NCBI GenBank assembly: GCA_951406725.2
Contig: OX597818.1
Span: forward strand, 144,212,001-144,276,000
Direction of reading: 5' to 3'
Origin: Octopus vulgaris
Taxonomy: Eukaryota
Length of the DNA stretch: 64,000 nucleotides
Shown one piece after another: positions 61,922-64,000 of the stretch (position 1 is the stretch's first letter; every line of letters begins with the position of its first letter). The position numbers were made by a program, and so were the translations under genes. Below the pieces are notes generated by a model that had not been told where the DNA came from, did not search any database, and saw nothing but the letters and a program-made list of their open reading frames with translations.

Positions 61922-64000
61922 TTGCACATGAATTCTGCCAAATGTGAGCTTTCTTTTCAGGTACATGAAATTACTGTCCACCGTCCCAGGGTCTCTAGGG
62001 CCCATACCTCCCACACCCTCAGGGTTGGCACCCTCAACGTTGGCACACTGAAAGGTAGGTCTGGCGAGATAGTCGAGATGCTTGAATGGAGATGTGTGGA
62101 TATATGTTGCATGCAAGAAGTAAGGTGGAGAGGAGGGTCTGCTAGGTTCCTCACAGGCAAGAAACACAGGTACAAGATTTTCTGGGCAGGGAACACTGAC
62201 GGGGTTGTGGTATGGGTATACTTATCGCTGAGAAATGGGTAGATAAAGTAATTGAGGTAATCAGAGTATGTGACAGAATACTTAAGATTAGATTAGTGCT
62301 TCATCATAGTTTAGCAACCATTATATCGGCCTATGCTCCTCAGTCGGGGCTACCCGATGGACAGAAAGACCGATTCTATGACACTCTACTGCAGACTACC
62401 TCGTTGACGAACAACAGAGACCTTCTCTTTGTGGCTGGTGACTTCAATGGTCACGTTGGACGACATGCTGGGGGCTTCCATGGCGTACATGGAGGCTATG
62501 GCTATGGTTCCCGCAACGAGGAGGGAACCAGGCTGCTGGAGTTCTGCGATGCAAATAACCTTATGATTTGCAACACTAACTTCAGGAAACCTACCAGCCA
62601 CCTAGTCACCTACCAATCGGGCCAACATACCAGCCAAATTGACTACATCCTTGCCAGAAAAAGGGAAAGATGGCTGCTTATAAATGCCAAAACCTTCCCA
62701 GGCGAAGAATGTACCCCACAACATAGACTGGTAGTTAGTGACTTTAGGATCAGGACTAGGAGGACAACCAGAAGACGACCAACATGGAGAAGAAGGATCT
62801 GGAAGCTTAAAGATCCTGCGAATGGACAGAGATTTAGGGACATGCTACTTGAAGCCTTTGACGAAGTAGAAGGGGATAGAGTATCACATGGGGTAGAAGA
62901 AAACTGGACGTTTCTAAGGGACAACCTGCTGAAAGCCACTGACCAGATCTGTGGCTGGTGCAAAGTCCGCTCTCGTCCCAAGGTAATGTGGTGGTGGAAC
63001 AGGGTTGTAGACAGGGCTGTTAGAGAAAAGAGACAGACTTGGAAGGACTGGAAGAATGGTGGTAGCAGGGAATTGTATCAGACTGCCAAAAGGGAAGCTA
63101 GGAGACAGGTCTATCTAGCCAGAGGGGAAGCAGATAAGAAAAAATTTGCCAATGTTCTGCGCCGTGAGGACCAAAGACTGGAGGTGTTTCGCGTTGCAAG
63201 ACAGTGTGTGAGAGAGAATTGTGATGTGGTAGGAGAGAAGTGTGTTCGCATGGAAGATGGTTCACTTGCGCTAAATGAGGATGCAAAGAGAGAGGTTTGG
63301 AGATGCCACTATGAAAGGTTGCTGAATAAAGAAAATGAATGGGATAAAGAGAGTCTGCCGAATGTTGACCCAACAGAGGGACCAGCTATCCGAGTTGACA
63401 GTTCCTTGGTAGTTAAGGCAATTAGAAGCATGAAGACAGGTAAGTAGCTTGTTTACCAACCACATGATTCCGGGTTCAGTCCCAGGCCCATCAGGAATCA
63501 CTGCAGAGATGCTCAAAATATCTGGTAGTGTTGGCTATAGCCTAGTCACCCGTATAGTTAATCAGGTGATACACGAAGGAGTCATACCCAATGACTGGTG
63601 TAGCAGCATAATAGTCAACTGCTACAAAGGTAACGGTGACGCCCTAGATACAAATAATTACAGAGATATCAAGCTGTTGGATCAGGTAATGAAGGTTATG
63701 GAGAGGGTCATAGCCCAACTAATTAGAGAGAGAGTTAGTTTAGATGAGATGCAGTTTGGGTTCGTGCCAGGGAAAAGTACCACTGATTCTGTATTCCTGG
63801 TAAGGCAGCTGCAGGAGAAATACCTAGCCAAAGATAAGCCCCTGTACCTGGCTTTTGTTGACATGGAGAAAGACTTCGACAGGGTTCCCCGATCCCTTAT
63901 CTGGTGGTCAATGAGGAAACTAGGGATAGATGAATGGTTAGTGAGAGCTGTGCAAGCCATGTACAGGGACACTGCTAGTAAGGTGAGGGTTGGCAACGAG
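61922..64000 (+). mobile_element. RTE LINE with the APE endonuclease 5' end, running off the right edge
   Basis: GTLNVGTL, MQEVRW, SAYAPQ, AGDFNGHVG, SQIDYIL, then RT; frameshift near 62210 and a 40-nt foreign patch at 63441-63480; 61190-61920 may be its 5' UTR. Confidence 0.95.

Overview
AT-rich, repeat-dense animal genomic DNA. Its RTE, Penelope and SINE families and heavy TA/CA microsatellites resemble a coleoid cephalopod, probably Octopus (inference). Two spliced minus-strand genes were assembled by hand with GT-AG junctions and consistent phases. TYW3 has coding exons 1-5 (13237 down to 1975); no later exon was found in the window. A GH29 alpha-L-fucosidase has its last 7 exons here (56585 down to 32456); earlier exons were not found and probably lie beyond the right edge. 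The rest is mobile DNA: RTE LINEs with a PHD-type finger inside the RT, Penelope-like elements, CR1-like, R4-like and Tx1-like LINEs, mariner/Tc1 relics, non-autonomous Helitrons, MITEs and SINEs. Top observations: (1) several minimal hammerhead-ribozyme-like motifs with different palindromic helix III sequences, including a G3-C8 swapped core in a foldback element and three copies in the sense strand of fucosidase introns; (2) a Tx1-like LINE inserted with a 16-bp target duplication inside a Helitron that keeps both termini; (3) a 40-nt SINE-head patch inside an RTE ORF; (4) a variable-copy 62-bp unit in the RTE 3' UTR. No searches or folding programs were run, and most repeat boundaries are approximate.
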